DNA of 64,000 bases from Polyangiaceae bacterium. Lineage in GTDB: Bacteria > Myxococcota_A > Polyangia > Polyangiales > Polyangiaceae. The notes under the pieces were generated by a model, which made no database searches, was not told the DNA's origin, and worked only from the letters and a program-made list of their open reading frames with translations. The translations under genes were made by a program, and so were the position numbers. The stretch spans positions 288,001-352,000 of the forward strand of contig CBDCTZ010000013.1 of NCBI GenBank assembly GCA_965222375.1, written 5' to 3'. Each line of letters begins with the position of its first letter. The stretch's first letter is position 1. Positions 63,514 through 64,000 of this stretch are shown piece after piece.

Positions 63514-64000
63514 CAGTCCAGTTGGGGTTCCGCTCCGAGCGCATGAGACGTGATCTCCCATGGGGTGCGCACAGCTACGAACACGACAAAAAGCACGGTC
63601 GGCAGCATCTGGGTCAGCAGACGTCCAACGGCATCCATGTGGATGAAGATCGGCAGTGTGGACCAGAACAGGAACAACACAGACACACCAATAAGCTGCA
63701 ACAAGAACAAGCCAACCATGCTACGCACCGTTGCGGCTGGGCGTTCTGGTGAAAGACCCATCACTATGCCGTATGCAGGTAGCAACACCACGAGGGGGAC
63801 GAGCCATTGATCAAAGCGCCACAGCTGATACCCCCACGCCCCAAACAGGCCGCGGTAGCGTGCCGCGTCGGTAGCACGATTCGCTAGATGGTCCATGAAG
63901 CTGTACGTCGAACCCTGCAACTGACGCGCGTAGAACTCCCCGTAGTCGGGCATGACAGCGTAGCTCGTCTTGAAGAAGATCGTGGCGCACACGCCGGGCA
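63513..64000 (-). CDS. Multi-pass membrane protein (partial; 5' end outside the window), possibly GT-C/polysaccharide-related
   Basis: Several TM segments; RLLTQMLP near the C-terminus; ORF is open toward the window edge. Confidence 0.6.
   Translation of the reverse strand, partial: PGVCATIFFKTSYAVMPDYGEFYARQLQGSTYSFMDHLANRATDAARYRGLFGAWGYQLWRFDQWLVPLVVLLPAYGIVMGLSPERPAATVRSMVGLFLLQLIGVSVLFLFWSTLPIFIHMDAVGRLLTQMLPTVLFVVFVAVRTPWEITSHALGAEPQLD

Overview
High-GC bacterial chromosomal window, most likely Myxococcota (Polyangiales-like), inferred from the giant AgmK-like TPR protein and the many Gly/Ser-linker and Cys-rich lipoproteins. The left half (1-35 kb) is mostly housekeeping: bioA, a sensor kinase, dnaX-recR-ridA, a class IV aminotransferase, a ~3780-aa TPR protein, hbd-crt, efp, a PaaZ/BoxD-like aldehyde dehydrogenase and thiD. 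The most unusual locus is at 35.18-37.58 kb. There a DUF222-like/HNH/RuvA-C-like gene is bracketed by two diverged, inverted, apparently non-coding ~290-nt structured elements. It also has palindromic 18-bp sites inside its linker, paired palindromes upstream and a tandem duplication downstream. This is a candidate undescribed mobile or RNA-associated nuclease system. Other notable items: a three-repeat CRISPR/REP-like mini-array bounded by short inverted repeats (30.6-30.9 kb); a leader peptide and hairpins upstream of rsgA; two single-base frameshifts that may be sequencing errors; and, from 53.7 kb to the end, an unusual nucleotide-sugar operon. That operon holds a radical SAM enzyme, a Cys-depleted NifU-like protein, a GT2, an HldE/GmhA/GmhB-like set, a deoxyhypusine-synthase-like protein, an epimerase and a stand-alone PDH E1 alpha/beta pair. 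All calls come from reading motifs by eye; no database searches were run.
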